Part shown: one piece after another, positions 26,644-36,928 of the stretch | How positions within the stretch are numbered: the first letter of the stretch is position 1 | Layout of the letters: the number at the start of each line of letters is the position of its first letter | Translations under genes and position numbers: made by a program | IMG/VR virus record: IMGVR_UViG_3300044639_000880 | Location: 1-64,000 of that record | Direction: 5' to 3' (one strand) | Length of the DNA: 64,000 nt | Origin: an uncultured virus (IMG/VR IMGVR_UViG_3300044639_000880) | Taxonomy: Duplodnaviria > Heunggongvirae > Uroviricota > Caudoviricetes | Notes under the pieces: generated by a model | The model's input: only the letters and a program-made list of their open reading frames with translations | The model's database searches: none | Told to the model about the DNA's origin: nothing

Positions 26644-28263
26644 ATGGCTTATTTTAATCATGCCTTCACCAAGATGTTTCTTGGAACAGGCGCAACTCGC
26701 GATCTTGTGAGCACAGGTGCAGCTGCTTCAGCAATAGTACCTTACAATCCTTATTCAACAGGTGGTATGATAACTACAATTGGAACACCAACTGTTGCAT
26801 TAGCAAACTTACCTGTCTATCCTAACAATCCTCACACAGGTTATTTTGGATTTTTTGATCCTAAAACTTACTTGTCAATTAACACAGGTCTTACTAATTA
26901 TGATTGCTGTCCAATTATATTAGCTAGTTCTTCTGTATTACAGAATGACAAAATTGGTCCTTTCCATGGTGGTTATCAAGAGACTAACAAGTCTAAAATG
27001 ATCAATCCTAAGTATGTTCAAAAAACATACCGTGTAGATTCATGTGTACCTAAACAAGCAATAGTATCTATTGGTAACACTCCAACAACAGGTACAGGTA
27101 TTATTACTTTTGCTGGATTAGTTGGTGGTACTGGTTACGCTAATGGTACTTATGTAGTGAATGTTACAGGTGGTACAGGAGTTGGTGCTAAATTTACTAT
27201 AACTGTAGCTGCTGGTATTGTTACTGGTGCTGTATTATATAATGCAGGTACAGGATACACTGTTGCTGATGTTCTTACTTTAGTTGGTGGAAACAATGAT
27301 GCTACAGTAACTGTTGCTTCAGTTTCTACAGGACCTGCTTTAAATCCAAATGGATTCCAAGGCGGAACTACAGATGCACAATGCTGCTTCCAGTTCTTAT
27401 GTGGTGAGACTTATTACTTACGTATTGATGTTAAAGGTTCTCCTGCATTACGTGCTTTAAATCACAATGCTTACCAAACTCTTGATGCTTATACAGGATG
27501 TTGTGCTGGTCCTACACCTACTGTTGTAGATTCGACTTTAGTGATGATCTCTTGGGCTGAAAAAGTACTTATTAATAACTACTTAAAACCGTTTATATTA
27601 CCTGTTGTATTTGATGAATTAGGTGTTGCTTGGTATGCTCCAGGAACAACTGTTGATCCTATTACAAATGCTGCTGTATTACCAGCTCAGTGGTGGACTG
27701 CTTATGTATCTCCGGGTCATACTGCTGGTCAATGTGCAGGTCTTCGTTTATTTGGTGCCTTTGTTGGTACTGTATTTGGAGATTGTACTTTTCAAATCAC
27801 TGACTTTTTTGAGAAAGAGCCTGTTAAAATTATTGCTTCAATGGTTGATTATACTGGAGATCCTTGTGTATTTGAAGGCATCTGTGTGTACAATGACTGT
27901 TTAGGTTTACAAGGTATGGGCTTTGGTGACCAAGTTGTAAAAGACTTAATCTTAGCTGAATCATACTTACAAAACTTCTTTGCTAACAATGATCTACGTA
28001 TCCGTGAGATTACTCAAGGTTATGACATGACAAGTGCTATTAACCGTAATGCATTATACACAAGATATTTCTTGTTGCATAGTGTTCCACGTTGGAATAA
28101 CCCAACTGGTGTGTTTGATGCAGACCGTTACATGTTAGAGATTATTACTACTGCGCCTAATGCAGCTTTAAATCAATTCTTAACAAACTGGTTAACATCA
28201 TGTGCTGATTGTGTTGAATTTGAAGCAAATACTTGCACACCTTGTGTACCAGTAAATAACTAA
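26644..28263 (+). CDS. Abundant structural protein (auxiliary capsid protein-like)
   Basis: MCP-like leader and codon bias, own terminator, crAss-like synteny; central Gly/Thr-rich insert. Confidence 0.65.
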   Translation: MAYFNHAFTKMFLGTGATRDLVSTGAAASAIVPYNPYSTGGMITTIGTPTVALANLPVYPNNPHTGYFGFFDPKTYLSINTGLTNYDCCPIILASSSVLQNDKIGPFHGGYQETNKSKMINPKYVQKTYRVDSCVPKQAIVSIGNTPTTGTGIITFAGLVGGTGYANGTYVVNVTGGTGVGAKFTITVAAGIVTGAVLYNAGTGYTVADVLTLVGGNNDATVTVASVSTGPALNPNGFQGGTTDAQCCFQFLCGETYYLRIDVKGSPALRALNHNAYQTLDAYTGCCAGPTPTVVDSTLVMISWAEKVLINNYLKPFILPVVFDELGVAWYAPGTTVDPITNAAVLPAQWWTAYVSPGHTAGQCAGLRLFGAFVGTVFGDCTFQITDFFEKEPVKIIASMVDYTGDPCVFEGICVYNDCLGLQGMGFGDQVVKDLILAESYLQNFFANNDLRIREITQGYDMTSAINRNALYTRYFLLHSVPRWNNPTGVFDADRYMLEIITTAPNAALNQFLTNWLTSCADCVEFEANTCTPCVPVNN

Positions 28264-28286
28264 GAATTTATTAACCTATAAAGATT

Positions 28287-28320
28287 AAAGGGAGGTTGCT
28301 TTGCTTCCTCCCTTTTTTTC
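28287..28320 (+). terminator. Intrinsic terminator
   Basis: AAAGGGAGG / CCTCCCTTT stem followed by a T run. Confidence 0.85.
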
Positions 28321-28323
28321 TTT

Positions 28324-28331
28324 TATATTTG
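28324..28331 (+). promoter_or_regulatory. Bacteroidota -7 promoter element
   Basis: TATATTTG right after the terminator, before 28339. Confidence 0.6.
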
Positions 28332-28338
28332 TAAGATT

Positions 28339-28902
28339 ATGGCTAGACACGTATTAAGTTTGGAAATTCCAGACACTCTCAATAAATGTATTTTTAGAAT
28401 AGTAGATACTAGTGTATATGCACCTGATGTAGAAGTTACTTGTCCTTTATTGCAGATAACGCTTCCGGGATTTATACATCCTGTAAATATTGCACCTCCT
28501 CAAATTAATCCAGGATTTAATGCTAATCTAACAGCATGTGATTTAGGTATTCAAAGTGCAGATTGTGGTACAACTTTTTATGACATTCCTGATGGAATAT
28601 ATATTGTAAAATATAGTGTTGAACCAAAAGATCTTGTGTATGTAGAATACAATCATTTAAGAATGACTTGTGCTTTAAACAAGGTTAGACAGATCTATTG
28701 TGAATTAGATATGGGGGCTTGTTTGCCTTCAGAAACTATAATGCTTAAGTTACAAAAAATAAGATTAATACAACAACAATTACAAGCTGCTAAAGCATAT
28801 GTAGAAGATTGCCATAACCCAAAAGGAGGAATGGAACTATATAAATATGCAGTAAGTCAGCTAGATAAATTATCATGCGGAGCAGTCTGCAAAACTTGTT
28901 AA
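28339..28902 (+). CDS. Putative tail hub/structural protein
   Basis: DTSVY...L.IT.PGF...IPDGIYIVKYSV.P pattern; crAss-like synteny. Confidence 0.6.
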   Translation: MARHVLSLEIPDTLNKCIFRIVDTSVYAPDVEVTCPLLQITLPGFIHPVNIAPPQINPGFNANLTACDLGIQSADCGTTFYDIPDGIYIVKYSVEPKDLVYVEYNHLRMTCALNKVRQIYCELDMGACLPSETIMLKLQKIRLIQQQLQAAKAYVEDCHNPKGGMELYKYAVSQLDKLSCGAVCKTC

Positions 28903-28922
28903 ACCAATAAAACCAACATAAA

Positions 28923-29111
28923 ATGAGTGCATGTTTAAATTGTGGAGTATCCATGGGATGTAGTTGTCAAAGAAGAGTTGCTAGTGATGGCAAATCTGTA
29001 TGTGGAACTTGTATAGCAGAATATGAAAAAAAAATAAAGGGCACCGCTGTCCAAAAACCAACTAATAGCACAGCACCAACTAATGTAAATGTATTTTATA
29101 AAGCACCTTAA
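28923..29111 (+). CDS. Small Cys-rich metal-binding protein
   Basis: CLNCG...GCSC...CGTC. Confidence 0.65.
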   Translation: MSACLNCGVSMGCSCQRRVASDGKSVCGTCIAEYEKKIKGTAVQKPTNSTAPTNVNVFYKAP

Positions 29112-29124
29112 ATAATTAAAACAA

Positions 29125-32100
29125 ATGGCATGCTATAAACTCTCCTCATGTACAGCAGGTAATACAACAATACTTTGGTCTAATGATCCTGGTTTTGCAG
29201 GATTAGTTGGACAAACAATTCAACTTACACCTTATTCTGGTATATGTCTTACTGTAGAGTTAATAGAAACACCATGTATTTGTCAACCAAATAGTCCTGA
29301 TGTCAATGCAACTCAGGCCTCATCTTGTGAATGCACCAGTCCTAATGATTGTTATAAATTAACAGAGTGTAATGATTCAATACCTCCTATCTATGTAAGT
29401 AACAATCTTAATCCTTATATAGGATTATCTATTGCAGTAGAAGAATATCCAGGTTATTGTTTTAATGTAACTGGTGTTGAGGATCCAGCAGAGTGTGAGG
29501 CTAACTTACCTAATATTCAAGTTACATGTGTTAATCTATGTACTTGTGATCTTTTTTGTTACGAGCTTACTAACTGTTTAGTTGCTGATACAATTATAGT
29601 TCATACATCTTTAACTCTTACTTTAAATACAGTTATTGCAATAACTCCTGCTGTAATTGCGCCTGGTGGAAATAACTGCTGGACAGTAACAGATCTTTAT
29701 GTTCAGCCTTGTGATATTAGTACAGGAGTACTTGTAACCAGTATCATCCCTTACGGAGTAAGTGGTTGCGCTGCTTGTGGAATACCTCTGCCTTGTTATA
29801 CATTAGCTGATTGTTCTGGTAATATATTACCTTTTAATACAAATTCTAACTTGGCTGCCTATATAGGACAAGCTGTTCATTTAACTGAATATGGAGGTTG
29901 TGCAGGTCCTTGCTTTTTAGTAAGTCTTAATGCCGGACCTTGTCCAGTTGTTGAACCAGCAACGGTTACTCTAGGTTGTGTACTTTGTCCACCTTGTAAT
30001 CAAACATGTTATAAATTAATTGATTGTGAAACTAGAATTCAATATGCTATACTATCAAGTCCTACAGCAAACGGAGTTGACTTAAGCTTACTTGTTGGTC
30101 AAAGTATTGGCAAAGTATGTCTTAGTCCAGAACCTGTAGAATGTACTACTGGTTGTTGGGAAGTACAAATTTCAAATACTTGTGGAGGTGCTATATCAGC
30201 TTATGTATATAATATTTATGATGATTGCAATGCTTGTACAAATAGTTGTTATGTTTTTCAAAATTGTCAGACGGGTGCGCTAGGTCCTATAATTAAGTAT
30301 ACAGTTCCTAATCCTAATGGTTTACCTAATCCTAGTACTTTAACAGGAGCAGTAGGTTCTTTATGTTTTACGGCTCCTACTGGATGTCTTACAGGTTGTT
30401 ATCAATTATTACCACAACCAGGTGCTTCTTGTGTAGGTAGTATTGATTGGTCAACGGCTGTAAGTTATACACCATATAATGATTGCTTTAGCTGTTTACC
30501 AAAGTGTTATCTACTTACAGAATGTGCTCCCGCAATTTCAGTACCTATAGTAGTAAATAATGATCTTAGTCTGTATGTAGGACAAGTAGCTAAAATATGT
30601 GATTCATTAGGAGAATGTCATTGTTATAATGTAGAAATTTCACAGAGTTGTAATGGAGCTATCACTATTGATAATGCTAGTGCTAGTTTTACAACTTGTG
30701 AAGAATGTAATTCATGCGAGTGTCCTCCAGGCTATACTAAAGTAGGAGAGTTTTGTCAGAAGATAACAAGTATTCCAGCTGTAGCAAATCCTGTAATATA
30801 TTCAACAGGTCCTGGTAGTTTAAATACTGCCTTCTATGGAATACTAGGAACAAACTTTTATGGTAATATTTCAGCTTTACCTTTTCCATTAACTGCAGTT
30901 ACCGGCCCAGATCGTTTTCAAGATGCTTCTGCTACAAATGTAGTAGCTGTAAATAATATTATTGGTGTATGGGGTCCTGGTGCAGCATCAAGATTAAACT
31001 CTGTTGGTGTATGGACTACAGTTAATCCTAATCCTTTATCACAATGGATTGGTTTTACAGAATGCATTACTATCCCAACTACTGGTATTTATTGTATAGG
31101 TATTGGTGGCGATGATGCTGTAAGAATAAAAATTGATGGTGTATTGGTTGCTATAGCTAACATAGGCTTATTTGATTTTCGATACTGGCATGTATTTGAA
31201 ATCAGTCTTACTGCAGGAACTCACATAATCACCTTAGAAGGTTATAATACCGCAGGTAATACAGCTTTTGCTGCAGAAATATATAATGTAACTTCAGCAA
31301 CTCTTCAAACTTATACTACATCTGTTCAGGTACAGTTAGCTACAATATTTAGTACTTTTCCTAAAAGAATAAGTGGTACTTTTCAAACAGGTGAAACCTC
31401 TGGTTATTCATGTCCTCCCGGTTATGCTCTTAATTCATGCGGTGATAAACTTGTTTGTAGTTTAATTGAAACCATTCCTTATGTAGAATGCGCGGCTACT
31501 TATTTAGTAACAAGTTGTGAACCAGGTGTAGAACCTTTTTTAACTAATACTGACTTATCCGCGTATATAGGATCAACCTATAAAGCTTGTATAACCAATC
31601 CTACATATTCTACAACTTGTTTTATTTTAAAAGATTGTAATAGATTAGTTTCTGATATTGTTACTAATACTAATCTAACAAGCAGCTTATGGCAAATAAT
31701 TAAGGTTGATGGTTATCCAGGATCTTGTTTTATTGTAACAGGTGTTCCTGTAGGAAATCCTTGCATTGCTCCTATCCCTGTAGTAGCTTCATCACCTGTT
31801 GAAGGTTCTTGTAATTGTCCAGGAGCTCAAGTTCCTTGGCCAAATGGTTGTTATTGTGTAACTGTAGAAGAAGTTGCTTCAGAAGTTGCTATAAATTTTT
31901 TAGGAGTTTTTACAACAGAATATGTAGCATGCGAAGATTGTTTACAAGTTTGTTATGTTCTTACTGATTGTAATGATGCTTTAGATCCTGTTACTGTTTG
32001 TAATGATTTAGAAAATTATATAGGACAAGTTATTAAAATAGAAGGTTGTGGTGATATTTGCTGGCAAGTATCTCTTGCATTAAATTGTGATTCTAATTTA

Positions 32101-33414
32101 GCTATACCAGGCAAGATAACGCTTTATGAAGATTGTGAAGCTTGTCTTCCTCCTCTTCCGCCAGTTCCACCACCTTATGATTTACATTTAAGAAAAATTA
32201 AACCAGGTTGGAAGAGTCCTAATAGTTGTTATACTTTAGATTATATAGAAAGAATTAACTGTACTTTTGGACAGCAAATTTATAATGAAATGCTTGTTGC
32301 AAGATATGGTATAACCGTATGTTGTGATGAGGATGTCAATAAGTGGGATATTAAGAAACAAATGTTAGATCTTGATATGCTTAAAGATCCTAATCTTTGT
32401 AAGTCAACTTTATGCTGTTGTCCTGCTCCTTGTTTTATAGAAGCTTTTGTAACAGTGCTTCCTTTCTGTGGAGTTCCTAATATAGTATCTGTAGTTTTTA
32501 ATCTACCTTGTCCTGCGCCTGTATTAATTGATGTGGAAATTGAGGTACTTAGTGAACCTGCTGCATGTCGTTGCTTTTCTGTAGAAGTATTAGATGAACC
32601 GGTTAGTATTAGTTATATTGATTGTTGCTGTGTAGTTCAAACACAAGTAATAGATGCAGTAGGTATTTATCCTATATGTTCTTCTACAGCGCCTGTATCA
32701 ATAAATAATCCATCAAGTATTGTTGTTACTGACAGTGGTTTATGCGGTGTATCTCCTTTATGTACACCTCCACCTTTTCAAGTATGTTCATGTTGGTCAA
32801 TCTATAATCCAACAGTTGCAACTTTAGGATTTAGTATTGCTGCTATTTGCCCAGCTGGTCCAGATCCTGTAGAACAAGCAGGAACAATTGCTCCTCTAGT
32901 AACTATATATAATTGTTCTGTTGCACCTCCTGTAGTTGCTAATGGTTTAATAGTTACAAATACAGGACCTTGTAGTGATTACTGTGGTCCTATTCCTGCT
33001 GTATGTGTATGTTATTTACTACATGCTACTGAATCTTGTGCTTATACTTATCCTGATTGTAATGGTCGGCCAGCAAGTGGAACTTTAGTAATTGGTGATA
33101 ATTATATATGTGCTTATAGTATGCCTCTATTAGATCCAGCTTGTGCAGATTTTGTTACAATAGCTGCTACAGCAAATGTTTGTGTTGATGGTCAATGTGG
33201 ACCACCTTGTATATGTTATGTAGTAACAGTACCGTCTGATGGTAATCAGCATTTTATTACCATAACAGATTGTTTAGGTAATCTTATTATTAATACACCA
33301 TATTTTGGAGGTACATATTATATTTGTTCTCAAAATAGTATTTTAAGTGATCCAAACGTGTCTTATTCACCTACATCATTTGGATGTGGGCCAGGTCAAT
33401 GTGTAGAACCATAG
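29125..33414 (+). CDS. Giant Cys-rich repeat protein with PA14-like domain (putative fibre/hub)
   Basis: About 120 Cys by hand count; repeated CYxLxxC...SN.L..Y.GQ units; PA14-like GIYCIGIGGDDAVRIKIDG...LTAGTH segment. Confidence 0.7.
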   Translation: MACYKLSSCTAGNTTILWSNDPGFAGLVGQTIQLTPYSGICLTVELIETPCICQPNSPDVNATQASSCECTSPNDCYKLTECNDSIPPIYVSNNLNPYIGLSIAVEEYPGYCFNVTGVEDPAECEANLPNIQVTCVNLCTCDLFCYELTNCLVADTIIVHTSLTLTLNTVIAITPAVIAPGGNNCWTVTDLYVQPCDISTGVLVTSIIPYGVSGCAACGIPLPCYTLADCSGNILPFNTNSNLAAYIGQAVHLTEYGGCAGPCFLVSLNAGPCPVVEPATVTLGCVLCPPCNQTCYKLIDCETRIQYAILSSPTANGVDLSLLVGQSIGKVCLSPEPVECTTGCWEVQISNTCGGAISAYVYNIYDDCNACTNSCYVFQNCQTGALGPIIKYTVPNPNGLPNPSTLTGAVGSLCFTAPTGCLTGCYQLLPQPGASCVGSIDWSTAVSYTPYNDCFSCLPKCYLLTECAPAISVPIVVNNDLSLYVGQVAKICDSLGECHCYNVEISQSCNGAITIDNASASFTTCEECNSCECPPGYTKVGEFCQKITSIPAVANPVIYSTGPGSLNTAFYGILGTNFYGNISALPFPLTAVTGPDRFQDASATNVVAVNNIIGVWGPGAASRLNSVGVWTTVNPNPLSQWIGFTECITIPTTGIYCIGIGGDDAVRIKIDGVLVAIANIGLFDFRYWHVFEISLTAGTHIITLEGYNTAGNTAFAAEIYNVTSATLQTYTTSVQVQLATIFSTFPKRISGTFQTGETSGYSCPPGYALNSCGDKLVCSLIETIPYVECAATYLVTSCEPGVEPFLTNTDLSAYIGSTYKACITNPTYSTTCFILKDCNRLVSDIVTNTNLTSSLWQIIKVDGYPGSCFIVTGVPVGNPCIAPIPVVASSPVEGSCNCPGAQVPWPNGCYCVTVEEVASEVAINFLGVFTTEYVACEDCLQVCYVLTDCNDALDPVTVCNDLENYIGQVIKIEGCGDICWQVSLALNCDSNLAIPGKITLYEDCEACLPPLPPVPPPYDLHLRKIKPGWKSPNSCYTLDYIERINCTFGQQIYNEMLVARYGITVCCDEDVNKWDIKKQMLDLDMLKDPNLCKSTLCCCPAPCFIEAFVTVLPFCGVPNIVSVVFNLPCPAPVLIDVEIEVLSEPAACRCFSVEVLDEPVSISYIDCCCVVQTQVIDAVGIYPICSSTAPVSINNPSSIVVTDSGLCGVSPLCTPPPFQVCSCWSIYNPTVATLGFSIAAICPAGPDPVEQAGTIAPLVTIYNCSVAPPVVANGLIVTNTGPCSDYCGPIPAVCVCYLLHATESCAYTYPDCNGRPASGTLVIGDNYICAYSMPLLDPACADFVTIAATANVCVDGQCGPPCICYVVTVPSDGNQHFITITDCLGNLIINTPYFGGTYYICSQNSILSDPNVSYSPTSFGCGPGQCVEP

Positions 33415-33465
33415 ATGATTAATTAAAATAATAAAATAATAAGTATATTTAACAATAAATAAAAT

Positions 33466-34932
33466 ATGAAACCTTTAAACATAGATAAGACCGGATGTAG
33501 TAATATATCATCTAACTGCGTAACATGGCAGGGGCCAGATATTGAATGTATAAATTTATGTAAGGGAGATTCCGTTACAGAAGTTGTATACAAAATGGCT
33601 TTAGAGCTGTGTAAATTGATGGATACCTTTGATTTAACAAATTATGATTTAAAATGCTTTTCAAGTGGAGTATGTCAACCACAAGATTTTAAAGATTTTA
33701 TCAACATACTTATTAACAAAGTATGTCTTATACAAACCTGTTCTGGTTGTGCAGATCCTTGTTCACCAACACCTGTAGTAGTTACTGCTCAGTCTGTTCT
33801 TGGAAGTTCTGATTCTCAGTATGTGCCTATTGCTAAAGAGTTTCAGTATACTAATAGTTTAGGTGATCTAGTTACTACTATGTTAGTTAGTGATTATGTT
33901 CAAGCTATTGGAAATAAAGTATCTATTTTAGTTAATTCTACAACTGCAATACAAGAACAGTTGTTAGATCATACTTTAAGAATACAAGCTTTGGAAGATG
34001 CGCCAGCTCCAGTATTTACATTACCTCTTATTACAAATAGTGATGGAGATCAAATGTCTTTATCAGAAGCTACTCAAAATCTTCAAACTGCTTTTTATCA
34101 GTTAGAAACTGCTACAGGAACACCAAATGAAATTTATACTAACATTGCTAAGCAATCAGGCAGTCTTAATACAGCTGCTAGTTTATCTGTACCAAATGCT
34201 ACTATGGCATCTTTACCAGGATGGAATACTACTGTTGTAAATCAAGCTGATAGTGTTGGTAATATTTGGCAAACTGTTCTTGATATGCGTCTTGCTTTAC
34301 AGAACTTAATAACTAATTATATTCCTAGCGAGTGTAGATCAATTTCTATAAGTCTTATTGCAACATATGCTACTGATACAATAACTTTGTTTATGACAGG
34401 AGTTATTCCTTCAAGCTTTACAAATACTATACCTGGCGGTACACCTTTTACAATAACTGATATGTACGGTAATGTATTAGTTGTTAATATTAATATACCT
34501 ACTGTTATAAATAATCCAGAAGGTTTTGCTATTTCTATTACAGGAACAAGAATTAATCCAGCAGGTAATTTAGCTATTACAGCTGAACCTAGTTTTACAA
34601 ATAATACATCAGGATCTGAATGCAAATCAATTCTTCAATATCTTATAAGTAATCAAGCATCTTGTCCTGCAGTTACCTATGTACCTACAAGCACAAGTAT
34701 TGAGTTTTCATTTCTTACAGATACCGGTAACAAGATTTACACTGCTGAATTATGGGCTCCAGGAGCTGTAGCACCTACTAGTAGTCAATCATTTACTTCG
34801 ACAGCTGTTGGTACAATAACTAGTGTATTTGCAACATTAACTGCAAATACAGCTTACAGACTTAGAATATTAATAAATATAAATGGTATAATCACAACTT
34901 GTCCATTTACTGCAGTAAATACATTAATTTAA
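33466..34932 (+). CDS. Structural protein: Cys-rich N-terminus, coiled coil, C-terminal Fn3-like domain
   Basis: CSNISSNCVTWQGPDIEC N-motif; LTANTAYRLRI Fn3-like strand. Confidence 0.65.
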   Translation: MKPLNIDKTGCSNISSNCVTWQGPDIECINLCKGDSVTEVVYKMALELCKLMDTFDLTNYDLKCFSSGVCQPQDFKDFINILINKVCLIQTCSGCADPCSPTPVVVTAQSVLGSSDSQYVPIAKEFQYTNSLGDLVTTMLVSDYVQAIGNKVSILVNSTTAIQEQLLDHTLRIQALEDAPAPVFTLPLITNSDGDQMSLSEATQNLQTAFYQLETATGTPNEIYTNIAKQSGSLNTAASLSVPNATMASLPGWNTTVVNQADSVGNIWQTVLDMRLALQNLITNYIPSECRSISISLIATYATDTITLFMTGVIPSSFTNTIPGGTPFTITDMYGNVLVVNINIPTVINNPEGFAISITGTRINPAGNLAITAEPSFTNNTSGSECKSILQYLISNQASCPAVTYVPTSTSIEFSFLTDTGNKIYTAELWAPGAVAPTSSQSFTSTAVGTITSVFATLTANTAYRLRILININGIITTCPFTAVNTLI

Positions 34933-34943
34933 AATAAAAAGAA

Positions 34944-36155
34944 ATGACTACTAATTGTTCAAAATGTGGAACTTGTGATTGTGATTGTATACCTCAGGGT
35001 CTTACAACACCTAACTATTGTCCATCAGATCTACCACCTTGCCCAGATCCTAGTCCATGTAATGAGACTTTTGATAGCAAGTGTGTTATATATACAGGAG
35101 AAGATATTCCTTGTTTTAGTATTGAAACAGGAAATACTGTAGAAGAGGTTATAACAAATATGACTTCTCTATTACAACCTTTATTGTGTTTAAATTGTAC
35201 TATAATAAATATCCCGGCTAATGATGCTTTACAAGTACCGGTCAATCAAATCATGAGTTGGAATATTGTTCCTGGTGCTACATATTATGATGTGTATTTT
35301 GGAACAAATCCTACTACTCCTCCTTTGGTGGCTGCCGGCCAAATTAGCACTGCCTATACACATCCTTATCCTTTAGTTCCCAATACAGATTATTATTGGA
35401 AAGTGATACCAGGAAATAATGCAGGCAGTGTAAATGCTTGCCCTATTTACCATTTTAAGACTAAGGAATTACTTTGTGTAAATCCTTTATCTTATATGCT
35501 TGATTATGTTATGAGTGAACAACCATCAGGTAATGTACTAAATGTAGAAACTCTTGTTGAATCAATAAATGAGTTTCTTGACAATGGTGAGTTAATAACT
35601 AATTGTAATTTCTGTTGCCCTGATTGTACAGATACTCATAGATATGTATTAGCATCTGCTCCGGTATTTGCTACATATTATAATGATTTTTATGATATTA
35701 ATACTTGTCCTCCTGTATGTTGTATTGAAGTAGATGCATCATTAACAGCTCTTACTACTGTACTTGCTCCAGGATCACCTACATTAGCTGCTGCTTTTAA
35801 AGCTGTACCTCCTCCAACTAATTGTTGTGGAACTAATTTTAGTGAATGTAGTGAAAGCTTAAAAATAGCATTAGGCACATCACGCGATGCAATCTTTAAA
35901 ATACTAGGTGTAGTAGAAGAATCTACAATCAACCTTAGTACAGAACTTTGTATTCTTGCAACTTTCTTAAATGGATTACCTACAGCTGTTACACCTTTAC
36001 AAAAAGCATTAATCATTGCTGCAATTCTTAATAAAGGTTTTGTTGTAGATTGCCGTCCAGAAGGTACAATCATATCAGGATTATTAAAATATAAAGAATA
36101 TGTAGTTGCCGCAGAAGATGGCTGTCTATGTTATATACCATGTGTAATATCTTAA
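34944..36155 (+). CDS. Cys-rich structural protein with Fn3-like domain
   Basis: C.E..DSKCVIYTG.DI.C motif shared with 33466; WNIVPGATYYDVYFG...LVPNTDYYWKV. Confidence 0.65.
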   Translation: MTTNCSKCGTCDCDCIPQGLTTPNYCPSDLPPCPDPSPCNETFDSKCVIYTGEDIPCFSIETGNTVEEVITNMTSLLQPLLCLNCTIINIPANDALQVPVNQIMSWNIVPGATYYDVYFGTNPTTPPLVAAGQISTAYTHPYPLVPNTDYYWKVIPGNNAGSVNACPIYHFKTKELLCVNPLSYMLDYVMSEQPSGNVLNVETLVESINEFLDNGELITNCNFCCPDCTDTHRYVLASAPVFATYYNDFYDINTCPPVCCIEVDASLTALTTVLAPGSPTLAAAFKAVPPPTNCCGTNFSECSESLKIALGTSRDAIFKILGVVEESTINLSTELCILATFLNGLPTAVTPLQKALIIAAILNKGFVVDCRPEGTIISGLLKYKEYVVAAEDGCLCYIPCVIS

Positions 36156-36165
36156 ACTAATAAAT

Positions 36166-36882
36166 ATGTTAACACCAGCAACAATAACAGTAAATTTCAC
36201 AGCCAATTATGCAGGCGCGCATAGAATATGTTGGAGACAATGTAATGTAGGTTCTTATGTATGTACTAATGTAGTATCATGTGTAGGAGGCGGCAATGTG
36301 TGTAGTGCTACTATTTCTATAATGGTAGATCCAGAAAGTTGTACACCAATATGCTTTGAGGGATATATTCAAGCAACTTGTAATCCTGAGAATTCTTCTG
36401 TAGGCCAAGTACCTTGGTCAACTACTTTTACACCAACTCCAACTTGTAGTATGTATTCTATTACTTGTACAAGTCCTCCACTTAATCAACCTTGTGGAGT
36501 AATTTCTGCAGCTACAATGGGTTTAGATTGTAATGGTACACCAAGACCAGAGGTAGGACCTATTACTGCTGCTACTTCTGTATATGTATGTGCTACTGGA
36601 TTAATTCCAAATCTTCCTTTAGGTTATGAGATGACACTTTTTGATGGATGTTGTACTGATTGTGAACAATACACTATTACAATTATGCCTGGTATTATGC
36701 CTAGTGAATTAGATGGATCTTCTATTTATTACATAGATTGTGCAACAAAAGAACTTATCAGAATAGACTTAACAGGTAGTGTGTCTTATACTTTAACAGC
36801 TTGTATGGTTACCGGATCTATTAATCTGTATTTAACTCCGACTGTTAGTGGTATAATTACACAAGGTATACCTTGTCCATAA
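36166..36882 (+). CDS. Cys-rich structural protein
   Basis: Beta-rich, many Cys; C-terminal units resemble those at the end of 29125. Confidence 0.6.
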   Translation: MLTPATITVNFTANYAGAHRICWRQCNVGSYVCTNVVSCVGGGNVCSATISIMVDPESCTPICFEGYIQATCNPENSSVGQVPWSTTFTPTPTCSMYSITCTSPPLNQPCGVISAATMGLDCNGTPRPEVGPITAATSVYVCATGLIPNLPLGYEMTLFDGCCTDCEQYTITIMPGIMPSELDGSSIYYIDCATKELIRIDLTGSVSYTLTACMVTGSINLYLTPTVSGIITQGIPCP

Positions 36883-36891
36883 TATTAAAAT

Positions 36892-36917
36892 GTCATGATT
36901 TGTTGGTTCAACATGAC
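36892..36917 (+). ncRNA. Candidate antisense hairpin RNA (loop complementary to AACCAAC leaders)
   Basis: GTCATG / CATGAC stem enclosing ATTTGTTGGTTCAA, directly before a terminator. Confidence 0.45.
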
Positions 36918-36928
36918 TAATAGGTGAG

